Shown here: positions 38,400-47,719 of the stretch, piece after piece
Position numbering within the stretch: position 1 is the stretch's first letter
Layout: the number at the start of each line of letters is the position of its first letter
Source of the DNA: Candidatus Latescibacterota bacterium
GTDB lineage: Bacteria > Latescibacterota > UBA2968 > GCA-2709665
NCBI GenBank assembly: GCA_965219995.1
Contig: CBDCOX010000002.1
Coordinates: 4,736,001-4,800,000, forward strand
Length of the DNA: 64,000 nucleotides
Reading direction: 5' to 3'
Notes under the pieces: model-generated
The model's input: the letters and a program-made list of their open reading frames with translations, nothing else
Told to the model about the DNA's origin: nothing
Database searches by the model: none
Translations under genes and position numbers: made by a program

Positions 38400-40592
38400 A
38401 TGCAGGCCCAGGGCGAATTGAAATCCGTCGGGCAGCGGGTGGCCAGGCTGAACGGACCGGATATCGTGACGGGGCGGATTCAGTATGCCGACGACGTCCA
38501 GCTTCCAGGCATGCTTTATGGCCGCATCCTCCGCAGCCCGCACGGTCACGCGCGTATCCGGAAAATCGATACGTCCAAAGCCAGAGCGCTGCCCGGGGTG
38601 GTGGACGTGGTGTGCGGCCCGGACGTGCCGGAACTGTCGATATTCGAATCCAAAGAGGTCTGCTACCAGGGGCAGAAGGTGGCGGCCGTTGCGGCCGTGG
38701 ATCCGGATATCGCGGACGACGCCCTTGCGTTGATCGAGGTGGACTACGAAGTGTTGCCCGCGGTTGTGGACCCCGTACACGCCATGGATCCCGACGCTCC
38801 GGAGGCCGTCCTGGGCGCGCCGACCAAGGATGTAAGGGATCCGGACGGCCGAAGACTGCGGAACGTGACCGCCTTTAACGTACTGGAAGAGGGAGACGTC
38901 GAGCGGGGATTTGCGGATGCGGACGCCGTCTTCGAGGCGGAATACCAGGTGCCCTTTTTCAACCAGACCTACATGGAGCCGAACGCGGCCACGGCGCGCG
39001 TGGAGGCGGACGGAAGGCTGACGGTATGGGCCGCCGGACAGGGCACCTTCACGAAGCGCGAGGGCCTCGCAGAGGCGCTGAACATCCCCGAGGGACGAAT
39101 CCGCGTCATCATGACCGAGACCGGCGGCAGCTTCGGCGGCAAGAACCGGATCAATATCGAGGCGCATACGGCGCTGCTGGCCATGCGCACCGGTCGCGCG
39201 GTGAAGGTCACGATCAATCGCGGGGAAGACTTCCGGGACAGTCGACCGGGGCCCGGGTGCTGGGTGCGCCTGAAGACGGGCGCCCGCAAGGACGGGACGC
39301 TGACCGCCGTTGAAGGACGAATCGTCTGGGACGGTGGCGTCCTGGGCAGCGGCGGGGCCGCGAACCGGTTGCTGGGACCCTACAGGATTCCCAACGTCAG
39401 GCTGGAGGGGATGGCCGTCCGGACCAACAAACCCGGGCCGGGCGCGTACCGGGCCCCCGGAGGGCCGCAGACGGCGCTGGCGAGGGAGTCCAATCTGGAT
39501 ATGCTGGCAGAAAAGCTTGGGATCGATCCGGTGGAGATCCGCTTGAAGAACGGGCTGGGCAAGGGAGACAATCCGTTGATGCAGCACGACTGGCTTAAAG
39601 ACACCATCCGGAAGGCCGCGGAGACCGCGAAATGGGGACGGCGCGACCTGAAGCCCAACCAGGGCATGGGAATCGCGGTTGGGGACTGGCACAACGCGGC
39701 GGGCCCAACCAATGCGCTCGTGACGATGTCGGCGGACGGGTCGGTGGCGCTGGTGACCGGTCAGGTGGACATCACGGGTCTGCATACGGTGATGGCGCAG
39801 GTGGCGGCCGAGGAACTGGGCGTGCCCGTCGAAAAGGTAACGGTGCGTCTCGGAGACACGGATACAGTGCCCTACGCGTCATTGAGCGCGGGAAGCAAGG
39901 CAGCGTATTCGGCCGGAACGGCGGCGAGGGAGGCGGCCCGGGAGGCACGTGATCAGTTGTTGCGCCTGGCCTCCGAAAAACTGGAGGCCGCCGTCGACGA
40001 CCTGGTCATCGCAAACGAGCGGGTGCAAATCGTCGGCTCGCCCGACCATGCCATCGGCCTGGGCGAATTGGCCGCCGAAGCGATCGAGTCAAGCGGCGCC
40101 GTCAATGGCCGGTGCGTGCTGAGCAGTGTTCCCACCTATCCCTCGTATTCGGTAAACGTCGCCACCGTGGAGGTGGACCCCGGCACCGGACAGGTCCGGC
40201 TGATCGACCTGGTTGCGGGTCAGGACGTGGGCAGGGCGCTCAACCCTCTGCTGGTGGAGGGTCAGATACAGGGCGGCGCCATCCAGTCCATCGGATTCGG
40301 CCTGATGGAGGGATACCGTTATGACGAGACGGGCCGGATGCTGAATCCCAATCTCCTGGACTACGCCATCCCGACGGCGCTGGACGTGCCCAACATTCAA
40401 ACGGTTATGGTCGAAGACCCGTGTGAGCACGGGCCCTACGGCGGCAAGGGCGTAGGGGAGCCACCCATTATTCCGGGAGGCGCAGCGGTGGCCAACGCGA
40501 TCTTCGACGCTGTGGGCGCGAGGGTCCGGGAACTCCCCATGACGCCTGAGCGGGTGGTGGCGGCGTTGCAGGAAGCCAACAACGGACGGTAA
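38400..40592 (+). CDS. Xanthine dehydrogenase family molybdopterin-binding (large) subunit
   Basis: 'RSPHGHARI', 'GGSFGGK', 'AYRAPG', 'EGQIQGG', catalytic Glu in 'GKGVGEPP'. Confidence 0.93.
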   Translation: MQAQGELKSVGQRVARLNGPDIVTGRIQYADDVQLPGMLYGRILRSPHGHARIRKIDTSKARALPGVVDVVCGPDVPELSIFESKEVCYQGQKVAAVAAVDPDIADDALALIEVDYEVLPAVVDPVHAMDPDAPEAVLGAPTKDVRDPDGRRLRNVTAFNVLEEGDVERGFADADAVFEAEYQVPFFNQTYMEPNAATARVEADGRLTVWAAGQGTFTKREGLAEALNIPEGRIRVIMTETGGSFGGKNRINIEAHTALLAMRTGRAVKVTINRGEDFRDSRPGPGCWVRLKTGARKDGTLTAVEGRIVWDGGVLGSGGAANRLLGPYRIPNVRLEGMAVRTNKPGPGAYRAPGGPQTALARESNLDMLAEKLGIDPVEIRLKNGLGKGDNPLMQHDWLKDTIRKAAETAKWGRRDLKPNQGMGIAVGDWHNAAGPTNALVTMSADGSVALVTGQVDITGLHTVMAQVAAEELGVPVEKVTVRLGDTDTVPYASLSAGSKAAYSAGTAAREAAREARDQLLRLASEKLEAAVDDLVIANERVQIVGSPDHAIGLGELAAEAIESSGAVNGRCVLSSVPTYPSYSVNVATVEVDPGTGQVRLIDLVAGQDVGRALNPLLVEGQIQGGAIQSIGFGLMEGYRYDETGRMLNPNLLDYAIPTALDVPNIQTVMVEDPCEHGPYGGKGVGEPPIIPGGAAVANAIFDAVGARVRELPMTPERVVAALQEANNGR

Positions 40593-40607
40593 GAGGAGGT
40601 CGAAGAA

Positions 40608-41504
40608 TTGAATCGTTTCGAATATTTCGCTCCCGCGACCGTGCGGGAGGCCGTTGAGGTACTGAACGACCGCCCGGGTGCGAAGTTGCTGGCCGGGGGC
40701 ACGGACCTGCTGGTGCAGATGAAGGAACGGATGCGGACCCCCGATACACTGGTGGATATCCGGCGGATTCCCGGCGCTGACGAACTCCGCTTCGACAGAA
40801 AATCCGGACTCACGATCGGGGCGGCCGTGACCATGCGTCAGGTGGAGCTTATGCCTGCTGCACAATCACATTACGCGGGACTTGCCGAAGGCGCCCGTGT
40901 GGTGGGTTCTTTCCAGATCCGTAACCTCGCGACCATCGTCGGCAATATCTGCAATGCGGCGCCTTCCGCGGATACGGCGCCGGGATTGATCGTGCACGGC
41001 GCGAAGGTGAAGGTCGCCGGTCCGACGGGACGGCGCGCAATGCTCGTGGAGAATTTCATGACGGGTCCCGGCCGGACCACGCTCCGGGACGGAGAATTCG
41101 TGGTTGGCCTCCACGTACCGGTTCCATCTGCGCGGACCGGGTCGGCCTTTATGCGGCACACGCCCAGAGGCGCAATGGATATCGCGATGGTGGGTGTGGG
41201 CGCGGCCGTGACGCTGGCGCCGGGAACCCGCGCCTGCCAGGACGTCCGCATCGTGCTGGGCGCCGTGGCGCCCACGCCCCTGCGGGCGAGGGCGGCCGAG
41301 CGGTTGCTGAAAGGACAGCGGCCGACCGGTGAGTTGATCGCGAGGGCGGCGGAAACGGCGGCTGAAGAGGCCCGCCCGATCAGCGACGTTCGAGGTTCGG
41401 CGGAATTCAGACGCGAGATGGTGCGGGTGCTGACGGGTCGGATGGTTAGTGCGGCGTTCGATAACGCGCAGGAACGATCGGGCAACAAAAGGAGGGCGGC
41501 GTGA
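40608..41504 (+). CDS. Xanthine dehydrogenase family FAD-binding (medium) subunit
   Basis: 'LAGGTDL', 'QIRNLATIVGNICNAAPSAD', 'PISDVRGSAEFR'. Confidence 0.93.
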   Translation: MNRFEYFAPATVREAVEVLNDRPGAKLLAGGTDLLVQMKERMRTPDTLVDIRRIPGADELRFDRKSGLTIGAAVTMRQVELMPAAQSHYAGLAEGARVVGSFQIRNLATIVGNICNAAPSADTAPGLIVHGAKVKVAGPTGRRAMLVENFMTGPGRTTLRDGEFVVGLHVPVPSARTGSAFMRHTPRGAMDIAMVGVGAAVTLAPGTRACQDVRIVLGAVAPTPLRARAAERLLKGQRPTGELIARAAETAAEEARPISDVRGSAEFRREMVRVLTGRMVSAAFDNAQERSGNKRRAA

Positions 41505-41998
41505 ACCACGAGATCCAATTGAACGTCAACGGCACTGTCTACGACCTCTCTTTAGAGCCGCGTAAGACGCTGCTGGCCGTTTTGAGGGACCGCCTTGGGC
41601 TGACCGGCACCAAGGAGGGTTGCTCCACCGGCGACTGCGGCGCCTGTACGGTTCTGATCGACGGTGAGCCCGTCACGTCCTGCCTGGTACTCGCCGTTGC
41701 CGCCGCCGGTCGGGAAATTACGAGCGTGGAGGGTGTCGCGGACAGGGCCTCGTTGCATCCGGTCCAGGAGGCCATGGTAAGTTCAGGCGGGCTGCAGTGC
41801 GGCTTCTGCACGCCAGGATTTATTGTCTCATCCTATGGGCTTCTGCAGAAAAATCCCTCGCCGTCCGAGGACGAAATCCGGCGGGCCCTCGCAGGCAATC
41901 TCTGCCGGTGTACCGGATATACGAAAATTGTGGAGGCGGTGCAGGAGGCCGCAAAGCGAATGGCCGGTAAAAAGGAACGGAAACGGGCAGCCGCGTAG
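41501..41998 (+). CDS. Xanthine dehydrogenase family 2x[2Fe-2S] (small) subunit
   Basis: 'GCSTGDCGACTV...SCL', 'QCGFCTPG', 'NLCRCTGY'. Confidence 0.95.
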   Translation: MNHEIQLNVNGTVYDLSLEPRKTLLAVLRDRLGLTGTKEGCSTGDCGACTVLIDGEPVTSCLVLAVAAAGREITSVEGVADRASLHPVQEAMVSSGGLQCGFCTPGFIVSSYGLLQKNPSPSEDEIRRALAGNLCRCTGYTKIVEAVQEAAKRMAGKKERKRAAA

Positions 41999-42214
41999 GT
42001 TGTTGGACTGATCGGGTGAAATCGGTATCTTCGAAAACGCCGTGTCGCATGACGCGGCGTTGTTCGGTATCAGGCGTAGAACCGGGGGTACGCCGCCGGG
42101 AAGGACCGGGTTCACGACGCGTTGAAAATCTGTTTTGTAAGGTCCAGCCAATAGGCGCATAGGAATCATCGCCGCGTCCTGTCGGCATGATGAAACAGGA
42201 GGAATGAAACAGCC

Positions 42215-43234
42215 ATGGCGAAGTACAAGGCGGGCATCATCGGATGCGGGGGCCGGGGCCGCGGTCATGCACAGGGGTATGCCGCATCGCCCGAGGTCGA
42301 AATCGTGGCGTGCGCGGATCCGGCCGAGGCGGCCAGGGTAAACCTGGCGGAACAATTCGACGTTTCGCAAACCTACGGCGACTACCGGGAAATGCTGGCG
42401 CGAGAGGATCTCGACTTCGTCAGCGTGTGTACCTGGATCGGGATGCATCGGGAAATGGTCATCGCGGCGGCCGAGAGCGGCGCGCGGGCCATTCATTCCG
42501 AGAAGCCGATGGCGCCCACGTGGGGCGATGCGAAAGCGATGGTTCGGGCCTGCTGCGACCATGGCGTCACCATTACGTTCTGCCACCAGCGTCGTTTCGA
42601 GCGGTCTTTCAAAAAGGCGAAGGCCCTGGTACATGAAGGGGCGATCGGGCAGCTTATCCGGGTGGAAGGCGCGTGTCCCAATCTTCTCGACTGGGGCACG
42701 CACTGGTTCGATATGTTCTTCTTCTACAATGACGACGCGCCTGCCGAGTGGGTGCTGGGGCAGATCGATGCTTCCGAAAAGCGCGAAATATTCGGCGTGG
42801 AGGTGGAAGCGGGCGGGCTTTCGTGGGTGCGCTGGCGGAACGGGCTGGAGGGATTGCTCGCTACCGGCGACGCGGCCCTGAAGGGCGTAGCGAACCGGCT
42901 GATCGGCACGTACGGAATCATCGAAGTGATTGGAGGGCGAGACAGGCCCCCGATCCGGATCATGCGCCCGGGCTCGGACTGGGAGGTCCCGGATCTGCCG
43001 GGGCCGCAGGTGAATCCGACGGTGCTCTCGGTGCTGGATCTCATAGATTGCGTCAAGACGGGGCGGGAACCGGAGTTGAGCGGCCGGAAGGCGCTGCAGG
43101 CAACGGAGCTGATCTTTGCGACCTATGAGTCCAGCCGCCGCCGCGGGCGGGTGGACCTGCCCCTGGACGTGGAGGATTCCGCGCTGCTGACCATGCTGGA
43201 CGAAGGGTCGATCGGCGGGGAGAGAAGTAAGTGA
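42215..43234 (+). CDS. Gfo/Idh/MocA family oxidoreductase
   Basis: 'GIIGCGGRG', 'EKPMA', 'LLDWGTHWFD'. AGGAGG RBS. Confidence 0.92.
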   Translation: MAKYKAGIIGCGGRGRGHAQGYAASPEVEIVACADPAEAARVNLAEQFDVSQTYGDYREMLAREDLDFVSVCTWIGMHREMVIAAAESGARAIHSEKPMAPTWGDAKAMVRACCDHGVTITFCHQRRFERSFKKAKALVHEGAIGQLIRVEGACPNLLDWGTHWFDMFFFYNDDAPAEWVLGQIDASEKREIFGVEVEAGGLSWVRWRNGLEGLLATGDAALKGVANRLIGTYGIIEVIGGRDRPPIRIMRPGSDWEVPDLPGPQVNPTVLSVLDLIDCVKTGREPELSGRKALQATELIFATYESSRRRGRVDLPLDVEDSALLTMLDEGSIGGERSK

Positions 43235-43242
43235 GTCCGTGC

Positions 43243-43296
43243 GAAAACGGACCCGCATGGGGTTAGAGACCGGTATCGCTGACCGACTATCACTAA
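43243..43296 (+). pseudogene. 3' remnant of a HigB-type toxin gene
   Basis: In-frame reading E-N-G-P-A-W-G-*-R-P-V-S-L-T-D-Y-H-* ends 16 bp before higA. '...V.(I/L).DYH*' is the characteristic HigB C-terminus. Confidence 0.6.
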
Positions 43297-43312
43297 ATAT
43301 TCTGGAGGCAAA

Positions 43313-43600
43313 ATGCTGCCGGAAAACCGAATTACGACCCATCCTGGGGAAGTTCTTCTGGAAGAATTCCTGAAGCCCCTGGAAATTACTCAGGTGGCGT
43401 TCGCCAGGCACATCGAAGTACCTCTCCAGAGGGTGAACGAGATCATCCGTGGCAAACGAGGCGTAACCCCGAATACCGCCTGGCTGTTTGCTCAAGCTCT
43501 GGGAACGACGCCGGAGTTATGGTTAAATCTACAACGTAATCATGACCTGGCCAAGAGCCGACCCGATAAGGAAATACAGAAACTTCAAGCGGTGGGATAG
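43313..43600 (+). CDS. higA: HigA family antitoxin (HTH)
   Basis: 'THPGEVLLEEFLKPL', 'RVNEIIRGKRGVT', 'WLNLQ..HDL'. GGAGG RBS. Confidence 0.93.
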   Translation: MLPENRITTHPGEVLLEEFLKPLEITQVAFARHIEVPLQRVNEIIRGKRGVTPNTAWLFAQALGTTPELWLNLQRNHDLAKSRPDKEIQKLQAVG

Positions 43601-43624
43601 ATCAGGATTTACCAGGAGGATCCC

Positions 43625-44257
43625 GTGAGTTTTCAGGTGTATGATTATCGAATGGATGTGTGCAACATGCTCGTCACGCCCTGGATCCGGTCGCGTTTTC
43701 TGCGGATGGAGCCCGGCGAATCTGCATCGCTGCACAGCCACGATCTGGGCCACGAGATCTTCCTTGTGCTCGCCGGCCGGGCTGAGTTTACGATCGACGG
43801 CGGCGTCAGGGAGGTGGGCCCCGGACAGCTGTGCGTGGCGCTCGCCGACGAAATCCACTCGGTGCGGACCGTGGGGGATGAGCCGATGACGATGTACCTG
43901 TCCGTCACCCCGCACATCCAGCCCACGCACACGGGTCGGACCGGGGCCGGTGAGCGGTTGCCGACCCGCTTCGCGCCTTCGAGCGCATACGACGTAGCGC
44001 CGGACGACGCGCCGTCGATGGCGGACGTGGTCGACCGCAACATGGAGGCGGCTCGCGCCCTGGCGCGTGATGTGGCTGCGCTGGTCCGGACGCAGGAGGA
44101 GACGGCAGGTCGCCTGCGGGGTGGCAGCAAGCAGGATGCCGTGGAGGCGCGGGAAGCGGTGTGGGGCGCGCTATACAATGTGTACAGACATGCATACGAT
44201 CTCGGGGACGCGTGGAATGCGCTGGCGGACCGGGTGGAGCGGATGCAGGACGGTTAG
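43625..44257 (+). CDS. Cupin domain protein with a helical C-terminal extension
   Basis: Cupin motifs 'LHSHDLGHEIFLVLAG' and 'EIHSVR'. GTG start after AGGAGG. Confidence 0.85.
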   Translation: MSFQVYDYRMDVCNMLVTPWIRSRFLRMEPGESASLHSHDLGHEIFLVLAGRAEFTIDGGVREVGPGQLCVALADEIHSVRTVGDEPMTMYLSVTPHIQPTHTGRTGAGERLPTRFAPSSAYDVAPDDAPSMADVVDRNMEAARALARDVAALVRTQEETAGRLRGGSKQDAVEAREAVWGALYNVYRHAYDLGDAWNALADRVERMQDG

Positions 44258-44325
44258 GCGTCGAGAGTTTCCATGCGCCGCGGTACATTTGCGGCTGCCG
44301 ATTGCGGGGAGAAAGGACAATCGCG

Positions 44326-45417
44326 ATGGCTCGCGTCAAACTCGGCGTCGTGGGATGCGGCGCAATCGCGCAGGTTCAGCATCTGCCGAATCTGGCGGGG
44401 TTGACAGAGGAATTCGAGGTCACCACCGTGTGCGATCTGTCGCCGGGGCTTGCCGCCTGGGCCGCGGAGACGTTCCACGTGCCCGCTTCGGTGACGGATT
44501 ATCGCCGGCTTGTCGCGTCGGATGACGTGGAAGCGGTGCTCCTGTGCCATTCCGACCCCAAGACCGAAGCGGCCGTCGCCGCACTGGAGGCCGGAAAGCA
44601 CGTATTGATTGAAAAGCCGGTCTGCTTTACGCTGAGTGAGGCGGATGCGATCGTAGATGCGGCCGATAGGGCCGGCGTGGCGGCACAGGCGGGGTATATG
44701 AAGGTGTACGATCCGGCGTTCGAGACGGCGAATGCCGAAGTGGACGGGATGACGGATATTCGCTTCGTCCAGGTGAACCATCTGCACCCGGACAACCGGC
44801 TCCATCTTCGCCAGTTCAGGCTGGAGCGGTTTGACGACCTGCCCGCGGGACCCGTGGCGGAGACGCGCGAGGCCCGGCAGTCGGCGGTTCGCGAGGCGAT
44901 CGGCGAGGCGCCGGAAGACGCGGTTCGTGCGTTCTTCACGCTTTCGGGAAGCATGATCCACGATCTGTACTGTCTTCGCGCGATGTTGGGGACGCCGGCG
45001 TCGGTGGTCAGCACGGAGGTATGGAACGAAGGGCGGGCGATTTCAACGGTACTGTCCTACGGCAACGGCGCGCGTTGCGTGGCATCCTGGGTGGACCTGC
45101 CGGATCTGTGGGACTTCAAGGAGACCCTTGAGGTGTACGGCGGCGACCGGCGCGTGCTGGTTTCCTATCCAACCGGATTCGCAAGGGGGATTCTGTCCAC
45201 GGTTGTCATATACGAGACGGACCCCCGGGGGGAGACGTCCGCCCGGCGGCCGGCCGTGGCATGGGAAAGTCCGTTCGTGCGGGAACTGCGCCACTTCCAT
45301 TCGTGCATAACAGGACGGGAAGCCTGCCGGACGCCGGTGACCGACGCCAGGGAAGACATCAGGTTGATTATCGATATCACCCGGTCATATATGGAATGCA
45401 GGCCGATACCGGCATAG
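44326..45417 (+). CDS. Gfo/Idh/MocA family oxidoreductase
   Basis: 'GVVGCGAIA', 'HVLIEKP', 'GYMKVYDP', 'SMIHDL'. ATG at 44326. Confidence 0.92.
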   Translation: MARVKLGVVGCGAIAQVQHLPNLAGLTEEFEVTTVCDLSPGLAAWAAETFHVPASVTDYRRLVASDDVEAVLLCHSDPKTEAAVAALEAGKHVLIEKPVCFTLSEADAIVDAADRAGVAAQAGYMKVYDPAFETANAEVDGMTDIRFVQVNHLHPDNRLHLRQFRLERFDDLPAGPVAETREARQSAVREAIGEAPEDAVRAFFTLSGSMIHDLYCLRAMLGTPASVVSTEVWNEGRAISTVLSYGNGARCVASWVDLPDLWDFKETLEVYGGDRRVLVSYPTGFARGILSTVVIYETDPRGETSARRPAVAWESPFVRELRHFHSCITGREACRTPVTDAREDIRLIIDITRSYMECRPIPA

Positions 45418-45442
45418 TGGAAGGAAGGTGGAAATTCAAAGA

Positions 45443-45462
45443 GCCCGGGACGGCTCCCGGGC
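45443..45462. terminator. Hairpin between convergent genes, possible bidirectional terminator
   Basis: GCCCGGGA-CGGC-TCCCGGGC, a perfect 8-bp stem with only weak U-tails. Confidence 0.5.
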
Positions 45463-45502
45463 GTTCGTGTGTACTACGAGATCCCTATGGCAGGAGTAAC
45501 GG

Positions 45503-46462
45503 CTACTGTGCGCCGTCCGACACAGGGTAGAGGGTCAGTCTGCCTCTTCGTCCCGCGCCCTCATCGGCAACGATCAGCGTACCGTCCGCGGCGAAGGCGA
45601 TTCCTTCAACCTGACGATGCCACTTTGCGGGGAACTTCCTGACCACAACAACCTTCCCGTCCGGCGTGATTTCCGCAATCGCACCCTGGCGGGCGGCAAC
45701 GACGTACAAATTCCCCGAAACCGGATGTCGTTCGATTCCAGAGGGATGGAATCTTCGGCCTTTGATGTGTCGAGCGAATTCCTTAACCGGTATCAGGATA
45801 CGACCGTTTTCTTTCATCTGTCTTTCATCAGTCGACCACTTGTATATGGCCACCTTCCCTGACGTTTCAAGGCTGCGAGCTTCCTTGCACATCAACAGAA
45901 GTACACGCATGCCCTGGTCATACGCCAGGCCCTCGATTTCAAAATCCCGGCCAATCCCGGTCGTGTAGACATTGAAGAGAACGGACTCCCCGGCAATTCC
46001 CTCTTCAAACTCGTAGAGCCGTCCGGTACTTGTGACCATGAAGATCTTGTCGCCAGTCGCGGCAATACCCTCAAAATCACCGGCAACCGGGTGAATCAAA
46101 TCCGCCAGCTGGAATGCCTTGACGATTAACCCCTGCTGATAGTCGATCTCGAAGACGATCGCCCTTTCGTCGTTGTGCGCCAGGAGCCGGTTGTCGGCGG
46201 TCATTGCCAGACCGGAGACCTCCTCCAGTTCCCGCGGGAGCTTCCAATGCGTTGCGGTCTCGGGATCCAGGGGATAACTGTCGAGAGATGATTTCCTTTC
46301 TGACGCCGCCGTTGATTGCGCTGGCGAGCGTGCGCTTGAAACGCCCTGATCCGGGCCTGACCGATCTCCGATGATCTCCGCGGATGCATCCTCACCGAAT
46401 CCCATTGCCAGCAGGCAGAGAAGAATGCCGGGACCGGGACAGTTGAGCGAAAAATTCATCAT
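45503..46462 (-). CDS. Exported SdiA-regulated/YjiK-like beta-propeller protein
   Basis: Signal peptide; repeated blades 'EEVSGLA', 'HNDE', 'DFEGIA', 'EIEGLA', 'HPSGIE', 'QVEGIAF', 'ADEG'. Confidence 0.82.
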   Translation of the reverse strand: MMNFSLNCPGPGILLCLLAMGFGEDASAEIIGDRSGPDQGVSSARSPAQSTAASERKSSLDSYPLDPETATHWKLPRELEEVSGLAMTADNRLLAHNDERAIVFEIDYQQGLIVKAFQLADLIHPVAGDFEGIAATGDKIFMVTSTGRLYEFEEGIAGESVLFNVYTTGIGRDFEIEGLAYDQGMRVLLLMCKEARSLETSGKVAIYKWSTDERQMKENGRILIPVKEFARHIKGRRFHPSGIERHPVSGNLYVVAARQGAIAEITPDGKVVVVRKFPAKWHRQVEGIAFAADGTLIVADEGAGRRGRLTLYPVSDGAQ

Positions 46463-46534
46463 GTTGTCATTCGTTTCCGTTTTTCCGTTTCGTCAGCGTC
46501 GCCACAGATGGTCGCTCTGGCTCAGATCCACCGG

Positions 46535-47503
46535 TTACAGGCTCGAGTCGGCCTCGACTTCGGTCAATTCTACGTCTTTGATGCGTTTTTTTCCTTTCTT
46601 CTCTATATTCCGGACAAGAGCGGGCAGATCGGCGGATTGATTCGCGGAGAAATCATACCCGACGACAACCGTACCGTCATCATTCTCGATCACTTCCGCC
46701 ACGTTCCACTTGATGCTGCCCGAGTCGAGAGAAGGGCCGGTTGCCTTTTGCGCTGCATTGACGTTTGTTGCATGCACGTCGAGCCGGAAGTCGCTGACAT
46801 TCCCGTCGACATCTTCCCCGGACGCGGAGGTACGGTCCGATTTCTTCCGGGAGACAATTTTCCAACCCGAAAGTATCGGTGGCTCTGCTGCATAGTTGGT
46901 CTTCCACACGCCCAGCGTTATGGTGACAAAAGCCAGCGATGCGATGAACGCGACCGTCGTAAGCTGGGTGCCTGCAGCCAGCCCGATCCCGATGACGATG
47001 AACATGTAGACCGCATCCATCGTTTCTTTGAGCGAGATCCGGAAGCTGACCGCGGCCACGATTCCCGCAAGGCTGAACGCAAGGGCAAGACTGCCCTTAA
47101 CCAGGAAGACGACCAGCGAAATCGCGACAGGCATCACGAGGAGCGTGTGCGCAAAGGACTGGCTGTAATTCTTGAGCGGCCGCGTCCAGGAATACACCCA
47201 GGTGATCGGCAGGGTAACTGCGAAGGAAAGCACCAGAGCGACCACAACCGGAATCGTGTGCGCCGGATCGAGCAGGCGGTTGATCCCCTCCTTGATGTTT
47301 CCCAGTGGTATCGCGGAGTCGGACCCCGATCCGAGCGACTTTCCAACGAAGATGCGCTCGCGCTCCTCGGCAACGTAATGGAGGATTTCCGGATAAATGT
47401 GGAAAATCACATTGAGAATGACAAGCCAGGTGACATAGTAGATCACCAGACGGACGATGATATTGTTGGACAAGGCACCCTCCCTCATTAGCCAGCCCTG
47501 CAT
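46535..47503 (-). CDS. DUF4956 family membrane protein
   Basis: 'SLALAFSLAGIVAAVSFR..LKETMDAVYMF..IGIGLAAG' is the DUF4956/MgtC-like core. Confidence 0.82.
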   Translation of the reverse strand: MQGWLMREGALSNNIIVRLVIYYVTWLVILNVIFHIYPEILHYVAEERERIFVGKSLGSGSDSAIPLGNIKEGINRLLDPAHTIPVVVALVLSFAVTLPITWVYSWTRPLKNYSQSFAHTLLVMPVAISLVVFLVKGSLALAFSLAGIVAAVSFRISLKETMDAVYMFIVIGIGLAAGTQLTTVAFIASLAFVTITLGVWKTNYAAEPPILSGWKIVSRKKSDRTSASGEDVDGNVSDFRLDVHATNVNAAQKATGPSLDSGSIKWNVAEVIENDDGTVVVGYDFSANQSADLPALVRNIEKKGKKRIKDVELTEVEADSSL

Positions 47504-47719
47504 CCCTCACGGAGATTGAGAAATTGGTTCGGAGTCCTGGAGGATCGATCTTGCGGTCGGTAGTCTGACTTGCTGTTCCCGCCAGTCGTCAGATTCTGTT
47601 CGGAAACTTGCCGCGAACTCCGGTGCGGATCCGCGGATGCCCATTGACGACAATATACACTGCCATAGCGAAAATTCAGATCGAAAATTTCCTGGCGTTT
47701 GGGCAGGAATGGCGCGTTG

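Noticed and set aside
38400-41998. Aerobic CO dehydrogenase (coxLMS)
   Set aside because: The active-site loop is AYRAPG, not the form I AYxCSFR, and no cox accessory genes are present.
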